Notes under the pieces: model-generated | Told to the model about the DNA's origin: nothing | What the model saw: the letters and a program-made list of their open reading frames with translations, nothing else | Databases searched by the model: none | DNA from: Bacteroidia bacterium | GTDB lineage: Bacteria > Bacteroidota > Bacteroidia > Bacteroidales > VadinHA17 | Assembly (NCBI GenBank): GCA_041480425.1 | Contig: JBGOZX010000004.1 | Coordinates: 1,076-65,075 of the forward strand | Reading direction: 5' to 3' | DNA: 64,000 nt | Translations under genes and position numbers: made by a program | Shown here: positions 17,118-27,371 of the stretch, piece by piece | Layout of the letters: each line of letters starts with the position of its first letter | How positions within the stretch are numbered: the stretch's first letter is position 1

Positions 17118-19787
17118 TTGGTTTCAGGGAAAACATCATATAAACTTTTGGTGTTTCTGGGATTATTTCTGATCCTGACAAATTGCTCGGTTGAAAAAAA
17201 CACGAGTACAACCAGATTTTACCATGGCCTGACCTCAAGATTTAATATCTATTTTAATGGTAATGAAAGCTTTAAAGCAGGTCTGGTTAAAATAAACAAT
17301 GGGTACAGTGATGACTACGCTGAATTATTGAAGGTATTTGAGCACAGCGATCCATCAACTGTCTCTCTTTGTTCTGGCGACATGGAAAAAGCAATACAGA
17401 AGGCATCGAAATTAATTTCATTAAAATCCATAACCGCAAAACCCGAAATAAAAACCAAAAGAGACTTTACTGAAAAAGAGAAGGCACTGCTTGATCAGAA
17501 GGAATATAATGAGTGGGTTGATGATAGTTATCTTCTGATAGGTAAAGCACGTTTTTATAAACACGAATTCAATGAAGCAGCTTCCGTCTTTAATTATTGC
17601 ATTACCAATGCCAATGATCCTGAAATTAAGATGGAATCTTATTTATGGCTCGCAAGAATCAATAACGAGACTGGCAACTTTACTGAATCCAACAGGATCC
17701 TTAATGAACTTGAAATTATTTCCACTTCCTCCAGGTCACTAAAAGCAATGTATTATACGACCCTGGCGGATATGTTTTTAAAACAAAAAAGGTATTCTGA
17801 AGCCATTGATCCTCTTTCAAAGTCCATAGAATTCATGGCAGGCAAAAGGGCAAGATACAGGCTTACTTACCTTCTGGCCCAGTTATATGAACGCTCAGGT
17901 GATGCAAGCCGGGCAACATCCTTGTATCTTGAAGTTGTAAGAATGAATCCTCCTTATGATGTTGAGTTTAATGCAAGGATTAATATTGCAGGAGTTTTCG
18001 ATATCAACTCAGGAAATCCTCAGGAAATCGGCAGAGAGCTTGAAAAAATGCTGAAAGATTCAAAGAACAAAGATTATCAGGACCAGATTTATTTTGCCCT
18101 TGGAAATATGAAGATGAAAGAGGGAAATGAGATAGAGGCACTGGAACTTTACAAAAAATCAGCATTATCCAATTCGCGCAACCTGAACCAGAAAGGAAAA
18201 TCCTATCTGGCATTGGCAAGTCATTATTATAGTAAACCTGACTATATGCGGGCCGGGAAATATTATGACAGTGCTGTTTACTTCCTTGATCAGAAATATC
18301 CCGATTACCAGCAACTTAAAACAAAATCCCAGAACCTTAACGCTCTTGTTACGCAATTAAAAGTTATCCAAACCGAAGACAGTCTGCAAAAGGTCGCCTC
18401 AATGACCAATACTGAAAGGGATGCACTCATTGCAAAAATAATTGAGAAGGTTGTCAGGGATGAAAGTGAGGGTAAAACATCTGAATACTCCGACAGATAC
18501 AATATTGGGCAATACTATGAAAATGAAAGACGGTTCCAGGATAATATTAACCAGGAGGGAAAATGGTATTTTTATAACCAGGCCGCTTTGACTTTTGGAC
18601 GGACTGAGTTTCAAAGAAGGTGGGGAAACAGAAGACTTGAAGATAACTGGAGAAGGACTAATAAAACAAGAGTGAGCGTGCAACAAGCAGCTGTCAGCCA
18701 GAATGAGAATGGTCAGAACGGGCCCGATACTTCACAGGCTGTCCTTGATTATAAGAAACCGGGATTTTACCTTAAGAATCTGCCAATAAATGACTCATTG
18801 CTTGCTATCTCCAACGAAAAGATCGCTATCGCCTATCTCAACGCCGGAGAAGTTTTCTCTGAAAAAATAGCTGATCTGCCAAGAGCAGCCGGATCATTTG
18901 AATCATTATTGTCCCGCTACCCGGATAATGAGCTGGTTCCTGAAGCACTTTACAATTTGTATAAAGTGTACAAAGAAGAAAACAACCAGAAATCTGAAAC
19001 TTACAGGCAGCGGTTACTTGAAAAATATTCCGGCAGTGAATTTGCCATGATTTTATCCGATCCTGATTTTTATAATAAAAAGATTGCTGAAATGAAATTG
19101 GTTGAAAAGCTCTACCAGGAAGCCTATAATGCCTATACCAATGAAAACTTCAGTGAGGCAATCTCCTTATGCGACGATGCCCTGAAAAAATATGACAGTG
19201 ATGATCTTGCTCCTAAGTTTCTTTTGTTGCGTGCCTATTCCATTGCCAGGATAAGCGATGAAAGAAGTTTTAAGGAAGAGCTGAATAATCTAATTAAAAA
19301 ATGGCCGGGGACTGCTGAAAGTAAAAAAGCGGCAGAGATCATCGCTTATCTCAATCAGGAACTGCCTGAGCTTAAAGTTGAAGAAGATAAAGCGATTGCA
19401 GCGGAACTGTACGTTGCCGATACAACTGCACTTCATTCTTTTGCAATAATTATTATGGATCCTGCATTTAATATCAACCAGGCATCATTTGATGTAATCA
19501 GCTATAATATTGACAATTACACGAACAAAAATTATCGCACAGAAGGGTTACTTGTTGAAAATAAATACATTATCATAACTGTTTCAGGCTTTTCTGACAA
19601 TACTCAGGCCTGGGAATACTTTAATGCTTTCAGGGCGGAACAGATAATAAGAAATTCTTCGGAAGCAAAGATGATGACCTTTGTAATAAATAGCACCAAT
19701 CTGAAAGCACTTACAAGAGATAAAAACCCCGAACGTTACCTTCTTTTCTTCAATGAAAACTACATGAAAAAAGAGGGGAAAAAGTAA
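17118..19787 (+). CDS. sprE: TPR-repeat lipoprotein, PorW/SprE-like T9SS component
   Basis: 889 aa with lipoprotein signal LVFLGLFLILTNCS. The post-Cys block KNTSTTRFYHGLTSRFNIYFNGNESFKAGL matches my memory of the PorW/SprE N-terminus. Many TPR-like repeats are present and a PorX-type gene follows immediately. The TTG start is uncertain. Confidence 0.55.
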   Translation: MVSGKTSYKLLVFLGLFLILTNCSVEKNTSTTRFYHGLTSRFNIYFNGNESFKAGLVKINNGYSDDYAELLKVFEHSDPSTVSLCSGDMEKAIQKASKLISLKSITAKPEIKTKRDFTEKEKALLDQKEYNEWVDDSYLLIGKARFYKHEFNEAASVFNYCITNANDPEIKMESYLWLARINNETGNFTESNRILNELEIISTSSRSLKAMYYTTLADMFLKQKRYSEAIDPLSKSIEFMAGKRARYRLTYLLAQLYERSGDASRATSLYLEVVRMNPPYDVEFNARINIAGVFDINSGNPQEIGRELEKMLKDSKNKDYQDQIYFALGNMKMKEGNEIEALELYKKSALSNSRNLNQKGKSYLALASHYYSKPDYMRAGKYYDSAVYFLDQKYPDYQQLKTKSQNLNALVTQLKVIQTEDSLQKVASMTNTERDALIAKIIEKVVRDESEGKTSEYSDRYNIGQYYENERRFQDNINQEGKWYFYNQAALTFGRTEFQRRWGNRRLEDNWRRTNKTRVSVQQAAVSQNENGQNGPDTSQAVLDYKKPGFYLKNLPINDSLLAISNEKIAIAYLNAGEVFSEKIADLPRAAGSFESLLSRYPDNELVPEALYNLYKVYKEENNQKSETYRQRLLEKYSGSEFAMILSDPDFYNKKIAEMKLVEKLYQEAYNAYTNENFSEAISLCDDALKKYDSDDLAPKFLLLRAYSIARISDERSFKEELNNLIKKWPGTAESKKAAEIIAYLNQELPELKVEEDKAIAAELYVADTTALHSFAIIIMDPAFNINQASFDVISYNIDNYTNKNYRTEGLLVENKYIIITVSGFSDNTQAWEYFNAFRAEQIIRNSSEAKMMTFVINSTNLKALTRDKNPERYLLFFNENYMKKEGKK

Positions 19788-19830
19788 AGGTCTGATCTTT
19801 TACTTCTTTTTTTAAAATTGTTTGGTAAAA

Positions 19831-21387
19831 ATGAGAAAAATAAGAATACTCTGGACCGACGATGAGATTGAAGTGCTAAAACCTCATATCTTTTTCCTCA
19901 AGGAAAAAGGTTATGAGATTGACACCTGTTCAAACGGAAATGATACAATAGACCTTGTACGTCAGAATCCTTACGATCTGATTTTTCTGGATGAAAACAT
20001 GCCCGGACTTAGTGGAATAGAGACACTCCGGCTAATAAAGGAGGTGCGGACTGATATTCCGGTGGTTATGATAACCAAAAGCGAAGAAGAGGAGATAATG
20101 GAGGCTGCCATAGGATCGGAGATAGCTGACTATCTTATAAAACCTGTAAAACCTAATCAGATCCTCCTGGCAATAAAAAGAATTATCGATCAGCGCAGGC
20201 TGGTAACTGAAAAAACCACAACTGATTACAGACAGGAGTTCAGCCGAATCGGGAACATGATTGCCACTGCCCGGAGTTACAACGACTGGACAGATTTATA
20301 CCGGAAGATCATCTTCTGGGAATCGGAGCTTGAAAAGTCAACTGATGCCGGTATGAATGATATACTTAAGATGCAGGAAAACGATGCCAATAATGCCTTT
20401 GCAAAATTTGTGATGAATAATTATCTCTCATGGATTGATTCAGATTCTGTTGAAAAACCATTGCTCTCCCCTTCTCTTTTCTCAAAAAAAATATTCCCGA
20501 ATATCCAACAGGGAAAACCTCTTTTTTTTGTTCTTATTGATAATCTGAGGTTCGATCAGTGGAAAACGATAGCTGCTGAATTGTCAGGAATGTACAGGAT
20601 TATTGAGGAAGATATTTATTTCAGTATTCTTCCAACAGCCACACAGTTCAGCCGTAATTCTATTTTTTCAGGACTAATGCCCTCTGCAATTGCTGAACAA
20701 CTACCCGGATTATGGGTAAATGATGATGAAGAGGAGGGTAAAAATAATTCTGAAGAAGAGCTTTTCAAAGATCAGCTTGCACGTAATGGACTTAAATACA
20801 GATGGTCATACAGCAAAATAAGCAGTAACCAGGAAGCGAAAAAAGTAAATGACAGGATCAAACAAATGCTTGAAAATGATATTAATATTCTTGTTTACAA
20901 CTTTGTAGATATGCTGTCGCATGCAAGAACCGAAATCGGTCTGATAAGGGACCTTGCTAACGATGAACGGGCATACAGGAGCCTTACCCGTTCATGGTTT
21001 ATCCATTCACCCCTGTTTGAATTGTTAAATACACTTTCTTCACAACCGGTAAGGATCATTTTTAGTACAGACCATGGTACAATAAGAGTACAGAATCCTG
21101 TTAAAATTGTCGGTGACAGGAAGACATCATCAAACCTCCGGTATAAAATGGGCAGAAATCTCGATTACAATCCAAGAGATGTCTTCGAATTAAAATCCCC
21201 CGAAAAAGCAGGTCTGCCTAAATCAAATATCTCTTCGAGGTATATTTTCGCACTTAACAAAGATTATCTGGTATATCAGAATAACTATAATTATTACGCA
21301 GGTTATTATAAGGATACATTCCAGCACGGCGGAATATCAATGCAGGAAATTATGCTGCCTGTAGTATGTCTTGAACCTGTTTCTTAA
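19831..21387 (+). CDS. porX: PorX-type response regulator (REC + PglZ/alkaline-phosphatase-like domain)
   Basis: REC domain (ILWTDDE ... DLIFLDENMPGLSG ... ADYLIKP) followed by a roughly 380-aa PglZ-like domain (FFVLIDNLRFDQW ... TDHGT ... FQHGGIS). There is no DNA-binding HTH. The ATG is at 19831. Confidence 0.75.
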   Translation: MRKIRILWTDDEIEVLKPHIFFLKEKGYEIDTCSNGNDTIDLVRQNPYDLIFLDENMPGLSGIETLRLIKEVRTDIPVVMITKSEEEEIMEAAIGSEIADYLIKPVKPNQILLAIKRIIDQRRLVTEKTTTDYRQEFSRIGNMIATARSYNDWTDLYRKIIFWESELEKSTDAGMNDILKMQENDANNAFAKFVMNNYLSWIDSDSVEKPLLSPSLFSKKIFPNIQQGKPLFFVLIDNLRFDQWKTIAAELSGMYRIIEEDIYFSILPTATQFSRNSIFSGLMPSAIAEQLPGLWVNDDEEEGKNNSEEELFKDQLARNGLKYRWSYSKISSNQEAKKVNDRIKQMLENDINILVYNFVDMLSHARTEIGLIRDLANDERAYRSLTRSWFIHSPLFELLNTLSSQPVRIIFSTDHGTIRVQNPVKIVGDRKTSSNLRYKMGRNLDYNPRDVFELKSPEKAGLPKSNISSRYIFALNKDYLVYQNNYNYYAGYYKDTFQHGGISMQEIMLPVVCLEPVS

Positions 21388-21404
21388 TCAGATTTCTAAC
21401 TTCG

Positions 21405-21818
21405 ATGAGGATATCAATTAAAAACAAAAGACATTTGCAGATTTCCGCAAAGAAACTCCTTGAATACACCGGGGAGAAAAAAATACTTGCTTTTTACGGA
21501 TCATTGGGTGCCGGTAAAACAACAATCATCAAAGCAATCTGTAAGGTTCTTTGCGCGTCAGACCTCGTAAGCAGTCCTACATTCACACTCGTAAATGAAT
21601 ATAAAACCATTAAAGGAGAACCTCTGTATCACATTGATTTTTACAGAATTAAGAAGAAAGACGAAGTCTTTGACTTTGGAATTGAAGAATATCTTTCAAG
21701 TGGATCTTATTGTTTGATGGAATGGCCCGAACTGGTTGAGGACATTTTCCCCTCCGAAACTGTAAGAATCAGAATTACTGTTGGTGAAAATGAGCAAAGG
21801 ATCCTTGATGTTTCATAA
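21405..21818 (+). CDS. tsaE: tRNA t6A37 biosynthesis ATPase TsaE
   Basis: 137 aa with P-loop GSLGAGKTT, SPTFTLVNEY, LYHIDFYRI and the MEWPE block. Confidence 0.85.
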   Translation: MRISIKNKRHLQISAKKLLEYTGEKKILAFYGSLGAGKTTIIKAICKVLCASDLVSSPTFTLVNEYKTIKGEPLYHIDFYRIKKKDEVFDFGIEEYLSSGSYCLMEWPELVEDIFPSETVRIRITVGENEQRILDVS

Positions 21819-21853
21819 CCTAATCTTATTTTGCTGCTGTCTTGCAAATTTTT

Positions 21854-21861
21854 TACCTTTG
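21854..21861 (+). promoter_or_regulatory. Bacteroidota -7 promoter box (TAnnTTTG)
   Basis: TACCTTTG lies 22 nt upstream of ATG 21884. It is downstream of the track's TTG start at 21842, which argues for the ATG. Confidence 0.45.
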
Positions 21862-21883
21862 GGGAAATAACCGCTTTCTCAAA

Positions 21884-23104
21884 ATGAATGACAAAGGTAA
21901 GAGTGGAAATGTCAGTTTTGGCAATACAGCCTTCATGCCAAAAGAGGAACAACTTGAAACTGCTATTAAACACAGGAGAATTTCGATTGGTGTCCCCAGT
22001 GATAAAAAAAATGATGAGAAAAGAGTAGCACTAACCCCTGAGTCGGTAAACCTGCTTGTTGAAAATGACAATGAAGTTATTGTTCAGAAAGGGGCAGGAG
22101 CCGGAGCAAACTATTCAGACAAGGATTACAGCGAAAACGGAGCAATTATTACCGACTCCCCTGCCAGGGTTTTTAGCGCAGACGCGGTAATTAAAGTTGC
22201 TCCATTTACACTTCAGGAAACTGATTATCTTAAAGGTAATCAGATAGTTATGTCATTTTTAAATGTACTTAAGCTTGGTGAAGATACTCTTGGAAAGCTT
22301 ATAAGGAAAAAAGTTACTGCCATTGCATTTGAAAAGATCCGGGACAATAACGAAGTTATGCCGGTTATGGAGTCGATGAGCGAAATAAGCGGAGTAACAT
22401 CAGTCCTCATAGCTTCTGATTATTTAAGTAATCACCATGGAGGTAAAGGGGTTCTGCTTGGCGGGATAACAGGTGTTACCCCTACAGAGGTTTTAATAAT
22501 AGGCGCTAATACTGCAGGAGAATATGCGGCACGCGCAGCTCTCGGACTTGGTTCACAGGTTAAGATATTCGACAGCTCACTTCACAGACTTAGAAGATTT
22601 CAGAATCTTATAGGCCAGCGGCTTCAGACATCAGTCTTTCATCCGCAGGTATTAAAGAAAGCTCTCAAGTCAGCAGATGTTCTGATAGGTGCAATCGAGC
22701 TTGAAGATTTGCGCCCATGGTATTATATTACCGAGGAGATGATCAAAACCATGAAAAAAGGCGCTGTTGTTATTGATCTGAGTATTGACCGTGGCGGATG
22801 TATAGAAACAACCGAATGCCGTGCACTCAATGACCCTGTTTATGAAAAACACGGAGTGATACATTTTTCAGCATGGAACCTCCCTTCACGTGTTGCCCGG
22901 ACAGCATCTATTGCACTCAGCAATATTTTTACTCCACTTTTTCAGAATATGGCAGAAGCCGGAGGAATAACACATCTGCTTAAAAACGATCCTGGTCTTC
23001 GCAATGGGGTCTACTTGTTTAACGGAATTCTCACTAACGAAACTTTAGGACAGAAATTCGGAGCTATATCCAAAGACCTTGACCTTCTGATATCTGCTTT
23101 TTGA
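21884..23104 (+). CDS. alanine dehydrogenase / PNT family NAD-dependent dehydrogenase
   Basis: AlaDH/PNT N- and C-domains are recognisable: EKRVALTPESV, the Rossmann segment VLIIGANTAGEYAARAALGLGSQVKIFD, and VVIDLSIDRGGC. Confidence 0.7.
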   Translation: MNDKGKSGNVSFGNTAFMPKEEQLETAIKHRRISIGVPSDKKNDEKRVALTPESVNLLVENDNEVIVQKGAGAGANYSDKDYSENGAIITDSPARVFSADAVIKVAPFTLQETDYLKGNQIVMSFLNVLKLGEDTLGKLIRKKVTAIAFEKIRDNNEVMPVMESMSEISGVTSVLIASDYLSNHHGGKGVLLGGITGVTPTEVLIIGANTAGEYAARAALGLGSQVKIFDSSLHRLRRFQNLIGQRLQTSVFHPQVLKKALKSADVLIGAIELEDLRPWYYITEEMIKTMKKGAVVIDLSIDRGGCIETTECRALNDPVYEKHGVIHFSAWNLPSRVARTASIALSNIFTPLFQNMAEAGGITHLLKNDPGLRNGVYLFNGILTNETLGQKFGAISKDLDLLISAF

Positions 23105-23107
23105 TTA

Positions 23108-24022
23108 TCAGGCATATGTGAGAGTTGCCATTTCCCCATCTGAATTGATTCTTGCCTGTTTCCCGATATACAGCGCCCTGTTATCAATAACATGGCCGGC
23201 GGGAAAATTAAATAATACAGGAAAATTATAATCCCGGACAATATCAGAAATAGTCTCCTCTGCACTTTTACCCCATGGAATTTTCGTATCTTCCATCTTA
23301 GTCAGGCCACCAACGACCAATGCAGCAAGCCCTTCAAGTTTCCCTGCCAGTTTAAGAGATGTCATCATCCTGTCGAGATGGTAATAATATTCTCCCACTT
23401 CCTCAATGAACAGAATTCTTCCTCTTGTCTTTGGTTCTGCATTAGTTCCAATAAGACTGTAAATCAGTGAAAGGTTCCCGCCAGTTAATTCACCTGTGAC
23501 ATCTGCAGGTCTTAAAAAGTTTCCCTCCCACACAACAGGCTGAAAATCACCAAAAAGGGCATTATGTAATGTTTCAAAAGTCTCTTTTGATTTGTCATGG
23601 TTAGAATAATTAAGAGGCATATCCCCGTGTATTGAAATTAAACCACATACCTCACTTAACCACAGGTGCAAAACTGTAATATCGCTGAATCCGATATACC
23701 ATTTGGGTGACTTTCGCAGCGATGAGAAATCAACACTCCCGATTATTTTCAATGCACCATATCCTCCCCTGGAACAAAAAACTGCTTTAATATTACGATT
23801 ATCAGTCATTACCTGAAGATCATTAAGCCTTTCAATGTCAGTTCCTGCAAAAGGACCTGAACGTTTTAAAACATGGGTTCCTATCCTTACCTTCAATCCC
23901 CACTTTTCAAGGAAAATTACAGCATCATTGATTTTCTCTTCATCAATTGCCCATGAAGGAGAGATTATTGATACTTCATCGCCAGACTTAAGAAACGGAG
24001 GTTGTATCTTTTTAATAAACAT
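23108..24022 (-). CDS. ldcA: LD-carboxypeptidase (peptidase S66, muramoyltetrapeptide carboxypeptidase)
   Basis: 304 aa with [21 protein letters not shown], the GFSDITVLH nucleophile motif and a C-terminal FPAGH. Confidence 0.8.
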   Translation of the reverse strand: MFIKKIQPPFLKSGDEVSIISPSWAIDEEKINDAVIFLEKWGLKVRIGTHVLKRSGPFAGTDIERLNDLQVMTDNRNIKAVFCSRGGYGALKIIGSVDFSSLRKSPKWYIGFSDITVLHLWLSEVCGLISIHGDMPLNYSNHDKSKETFETLHNALFGDFQPVVWEGNFLRPADVTGELTGGNLSLIYSLIGTNAEPKTRGRILFIEEVGEYYYHLDRMMTSLKLAGKLEGLAALVVGGLTKMEDTKIPWGKSAEETISDIVRDYNFPVLFNFPAGHVIDNRALYIGKQARINSDGEMATLTYA

Positions 24023-24108
24023 TTATATTATATAATACGTAAAAGTAATCCCTTTAGTTTCGATTTACAACTACAACCTAATAACTCCGTGCCGAAAAGT
24101 AAAATTAT

Positions 24109-24116
24109 TATCTTTG
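24109..24116 (+). promoter_or_regulatory. Bacteroidota -7 promoter box (TAnnTTTG)
   Basis: TATCTTTG lies 39 nt upstream of the metG ATG at 24156. Confidence 0.45.
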
Positions 24117-24155
24117 TGCGATTTCAAAAACTGTTAATTATTCATTATCAGAATC

Positions 24156-26189
24156 ATGAAGAATTTTAAAAGATATCTCATCACTTCAGCCCTTCCCTAT
24201 GCCAATGGTCCAATCCATATTGGTCACCTTGCAGGGGTTTATGTTCCGTCTGATATATATACCAGGTACCTGAGAATGAAGGGAGTTGATGTAATTTCCA
24301 TCTGCGGATCCGATGAACATGGAGTTCCAATAACCCTGAAGGCGCGCAAAGAAGGAGTTTCACCACAGGAAATAGTTGACAGATATCATTCATTGAATAA
24401 AAAAGCATTTGAAGATTTCGGAATTGCTTTCAATATCTATTCCCGCACTTCAAATAAGGTGCATTATGAAACAGCTTCAGAGTTCTTCCTTAATCTGTAT
24501 AAAAAAGGTGAATTCACTGAAAAGACGTCAGAACAGTATTTTGATGAGGAAGCCGGATGCTTTCTTGCCGATAGGTACATAATGGGGACTTGTCCTTATT
24601 GCGGGAATGAAAATGCATACGGTGACCAATGTGAAAAATGCGGCACATCGCTAAGTCCAAATGATCTGATTAATCCTCACTCAACCATAAGCGGGAGCAA
24701 ACCGGTATTGCGTGAAACTTTGCATTGGTATCTTCCTCTAGATAAATATGAAGGTTGGTTGAAAAAATGGATTCTTAAAGACCATAAGGAATGGAAGGTA
24801 AATGTTTACGGGCAGTGTAAATCGTGGCTCGATCAGGGTTTGCAACCCAGGGCAGTAAGCCGCGACCTGGACTGGGGTGTACCTGTACCTGTTGAAGGGG
24901 CAAAGGGGAAAGTACTTTATGTCTGGTTTGATGCCCCAATAGGCTATATCTCTGCCACCAAGGAGCTTACACCCGACTGGGAAAAATACTGGAAAGATCC
25001 TGAAACAAAAATGATTCACTTCATCGGGAAAGATAATATCGTCTTTCATTGTATTATTTTTCCGGCCATGCTGAAGGCAGAAGGATCATTTATCCTGCCT
25101 GAAAATGTACCTGCAAATGAGTTTCTGAATCTTGAAAATGAGAAGATCTCAACCTCCCGTAACTGGGCGGTATGGCTGCATGAATATCTGGAAGATTTTC
25201 CAGGGAAGCAGGATGTTTTAAGGTATGCTCTTTGCTCAAATGCACCCGAGACAAAGGATAATGATTTCACCTGGAAAGACTTCCAGGCACGTAACAACAA
25301 TGAGCTGGTTGCAATACTTGGTAACTTTGTAAACCGCACCTTTGTCCTGACCAACAATTATTATAACGGCGAAGTTCCTGAAAGAGGAATAACCGATGAA
25401 AACGACAACGTTGTCCTGGCAGAAATGTCCCGGATTAAAGAGAACGTCGAGACCAGTCTCGAAGCGTTCAGGTTCAGGGAAGCTATCAAAGAGGCAATGA
25501 ATCTTGCAAGACTTGGGAATAAATATCTTGCTGATTCTGAGCCATGGAAGGTCATTAAAACAGATCCGGAAAGGGTAAAGACAATCATGAATATTGCCCT
25601 GCAAATTACTACAAACCTTACAATCATTTTTGAGCCGTTCCTCCCTTTCTCGATGAATAAACTCAGAGCCTGGCTCAATTGCGATCAGTTAAAATGGAGT
25701 GATGCCGGTAGGACTAACCTGCTCATGCCGGGTCATATCATTAATAAATCTGAACTTCTGTTTGAAAAGATTGAGGATGAGGAGATCGACAATCAGATAA
25801 ATAAACTGCTGGCAACAAAAAAAGCAAATGAAGCAACATCTGCAAAAACAGCTCCTTCAAAGGATATTGTATCCTTCGATGATTTTACGAAAATAGATAT
25901 CAGGACAGCAACTATCCTTGAAGCAGAAAAAGTACCAAAGACCACAAAGTTACTTAAGCTTAAAATTGATACAGGTCTTGATATACGTACTATTGTATCA
26001 GGTATTGCTGAGTACTTTGAACCTGAGGCAATTATCGGCAAACAGATTTCGATTGTTGCCAACCTTGAGCCTCGGAAAATTAAAGGTATTGAGTCGAAAG
26101 GGATGATACTGATGGCTGAGGATATGGATGGCAAATTGGTTATAGTTTCACCAGCCGAGAAGGTCGGTAACGGGAGTATAATAAAATAG
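24156..26189 (+). CDS. metG: methionine--tRNA ligase
   Basis: 677 aa with [12 protein letters not shown] (HIGH), zinc knuckle [25 protein letters not shown] (KMSKS) and a C-terminal Trbp111/EMAP-like tRNA-binding domain. Confidence 0.95.
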   Translation: MKNFKRYLITSALPYANGPIHIGHLAGVYVPSDIYTRYLRMKGVDVISICGSDEHGVPITLKARKEGVSPQEIVDRYHSLNKKAFEDFGIAFNIYSRTSNKVHYETASEFFLNLYKKGEFTEKTSEQYFDEEAGCFLADRYIMGTCPYCGNENAYGDQCEKCGTSLSPNDLINPHSTISGSKPVLRETLHWYLPLDKYEGWLKKWILKDHKEWKVNVYGQCKSWLDQGLQPRAVSRDLDWGVPVPVEGAKGKVLYVWFDAPIGYISATKELTPDWEKYWKDPETKMIHFIGKDNIVFHCIIFPAMLKAEGSFILPENVPANEFLNLENEKISTSRNWAVWLHEYLEDFPGKQDVLRYALCSNAPETKDNDFTWKDFQARNNNELVAILGNFVNRTFVLTNNYYNGEVPERGITDENDNVVLAEMSRIKENVETSLEAFRFREAIKEAMNLARLGNKYLADSEPWKVIKTDPERVKTIMNIALQITTNLTIIFEPFLPFSMNKLRAWLNCDQLKWSDAGRTNLLMPGHIINKSELLFEKIEDEEIDNQINKLLATKKANEATSAKTAPSKDIVSFDDFTKIDIRTATILEAEKVPKTTKLLKLKIDTGLDIRTIVSGIAEYFEPEAIIGKQISIVANLEPRKIKGIESKGMILMAEDMDGKLVIVSPAEKVGNGSIIK

Positions 26190-27173
26190 CTACCGTTTCG
26201 AAATCCAGCTACCGGGGAATTTCTTTGAGATGCTGTCTTTTTTGGATAATGCCATATTCATATTGCTGCATCTCATAGCATTTACTCTGTAGAAACTATT
26301 TGGGGCCTGAATTATTTCAGGATCAAATCCCTCTGCTTTAAGCATATTAACCTGAGAAATGGCATTTTTTTCCGATTTAAAGCTTCCGGTAATAATAAAA
26401 TAAATACTCCCTTCAACCGGAACAACCAAAACAGGTTTCTCTGTTACTTTCTCCTCAGATTTAGCTGAAACATTATTTTCAGGGGTAACTTTAATAATCT
26501 CTTCAGGAATTACTGTGTCGCCGGCAATATCTTTATCAACAGCTTTCTTGTTGTTTTCAAACTCAGCCGTCACAAGCGGATTCATTGTGGCAGACTCTAC
26601 TTTAGCTTTAAAGAGATTCGTCTTAAGAGGAACTATAACCAGTATTGCCAGAAGGGGTATTGCAACTGCTGCTCTCCATAGGTTTTTTCTCAAAGAGGAC
26701 TGCCGAATGGGGTCATTGTCAGCATGCCTTGTGATCCGTTTTCTGACATCATATCCTTCAAGAGGCATACATTGAAATGATTCAAGCCCGTATGAATCAA
26801 GATGGTAGTTTGCATTTCTGTCCGGTTCAAATTGAACGTTATTTTCATGGTTATTGACAAAGCTGCCAATATGATCAAAAACTATTTTTTCCCCTTTTGC
26901 CAGCTTGTTACGCAATTCCATTACGAACTCTTCAACAATGTTTCTTGCATCACCATAGTTAACACTGCCTGATTTGGAAATCAGCCCGATAAGTAGTCCA
27001 TCATTATGATTCAGGTTCCTGTTGAATGAAATCTGTTTTACCGGAGGATAAAAAGTATCGGAACTCTTGTCTATCCGGGCAGGGGTATAATTACCGATGA
27101 ACCCTCCAAAGCCCGGAACAATGACACAGTCGTGTCCGAATAATAATTCACGTATGAAAGCAGTAATATCCAA
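26190..27173 (-). CDS. HU-like N-terminal domain + SPOR domain protein
   Basis: The N-terminus ELLFGHDCVIVPGFGGFIGNY is of the HU-CCDC81-like type. One TM helix follows, then a C-terminal SPOR-like domain (IYFIITGSFKSEKNAISQVNMLKAEGFDPEII). TTG start. Confidence 0.65.
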   Translation of the reverse strand: MDITAFIRELLFGHDCVIVPGFGGFIGNYTPARIDKSSDTFYPPVKQISFNRNLNHNDGLLIGLISKSGSVNYGDARNIVEEFVMELRNKLAKGEKIVFDHIGSFVNNHENNVQFEPDRNANYHLDSYGLESFQCMPLEGYDVRKRITRHADNDPIRQSSLRKNLWRAAVAIPLLAILVIVPLKTNLFKAKVESATMNPLVTAEFENNKKAVDKDIAGDTVIPEEIIKVTPENNVSAKSEEKVTEKPVLVVPVEGSIYFIITGSFKSEKNAISQVNMLKAEGFDPEIIQAPNSFYRVNAMRCSNMNMALSKKDSISKKFPGSWISKR

Positions 27174-27194
27174 ATCTTATGGTCTCTATTAAAA

Positions 27195-27202
27195 CAAAAA
27201 TA
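27195..27202 (-). promoter_or_regulatory. Bacteroidota -7 promoter box (TAnnTTTG)
   Basis: The minus strand reads TATTTTTG, 21 nt upstream of the TTG start at 27173. Confidence 0.4.
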
Positions 27203-27371
27203 AGATAAATCTTAACGTTTTTGATATTATTATGGCCTTGATTTATGAACATTTTGACGAAAGCATGTCTGCCTTCCGGGAAGCCTGTTGTGAAAGGGAT
27301 GAGTTCCCGCAGATTACGGGAATTGACAAAGAAAAAAATATTATCTTCGTAGTTCTAAAAAAAAATCTCAT

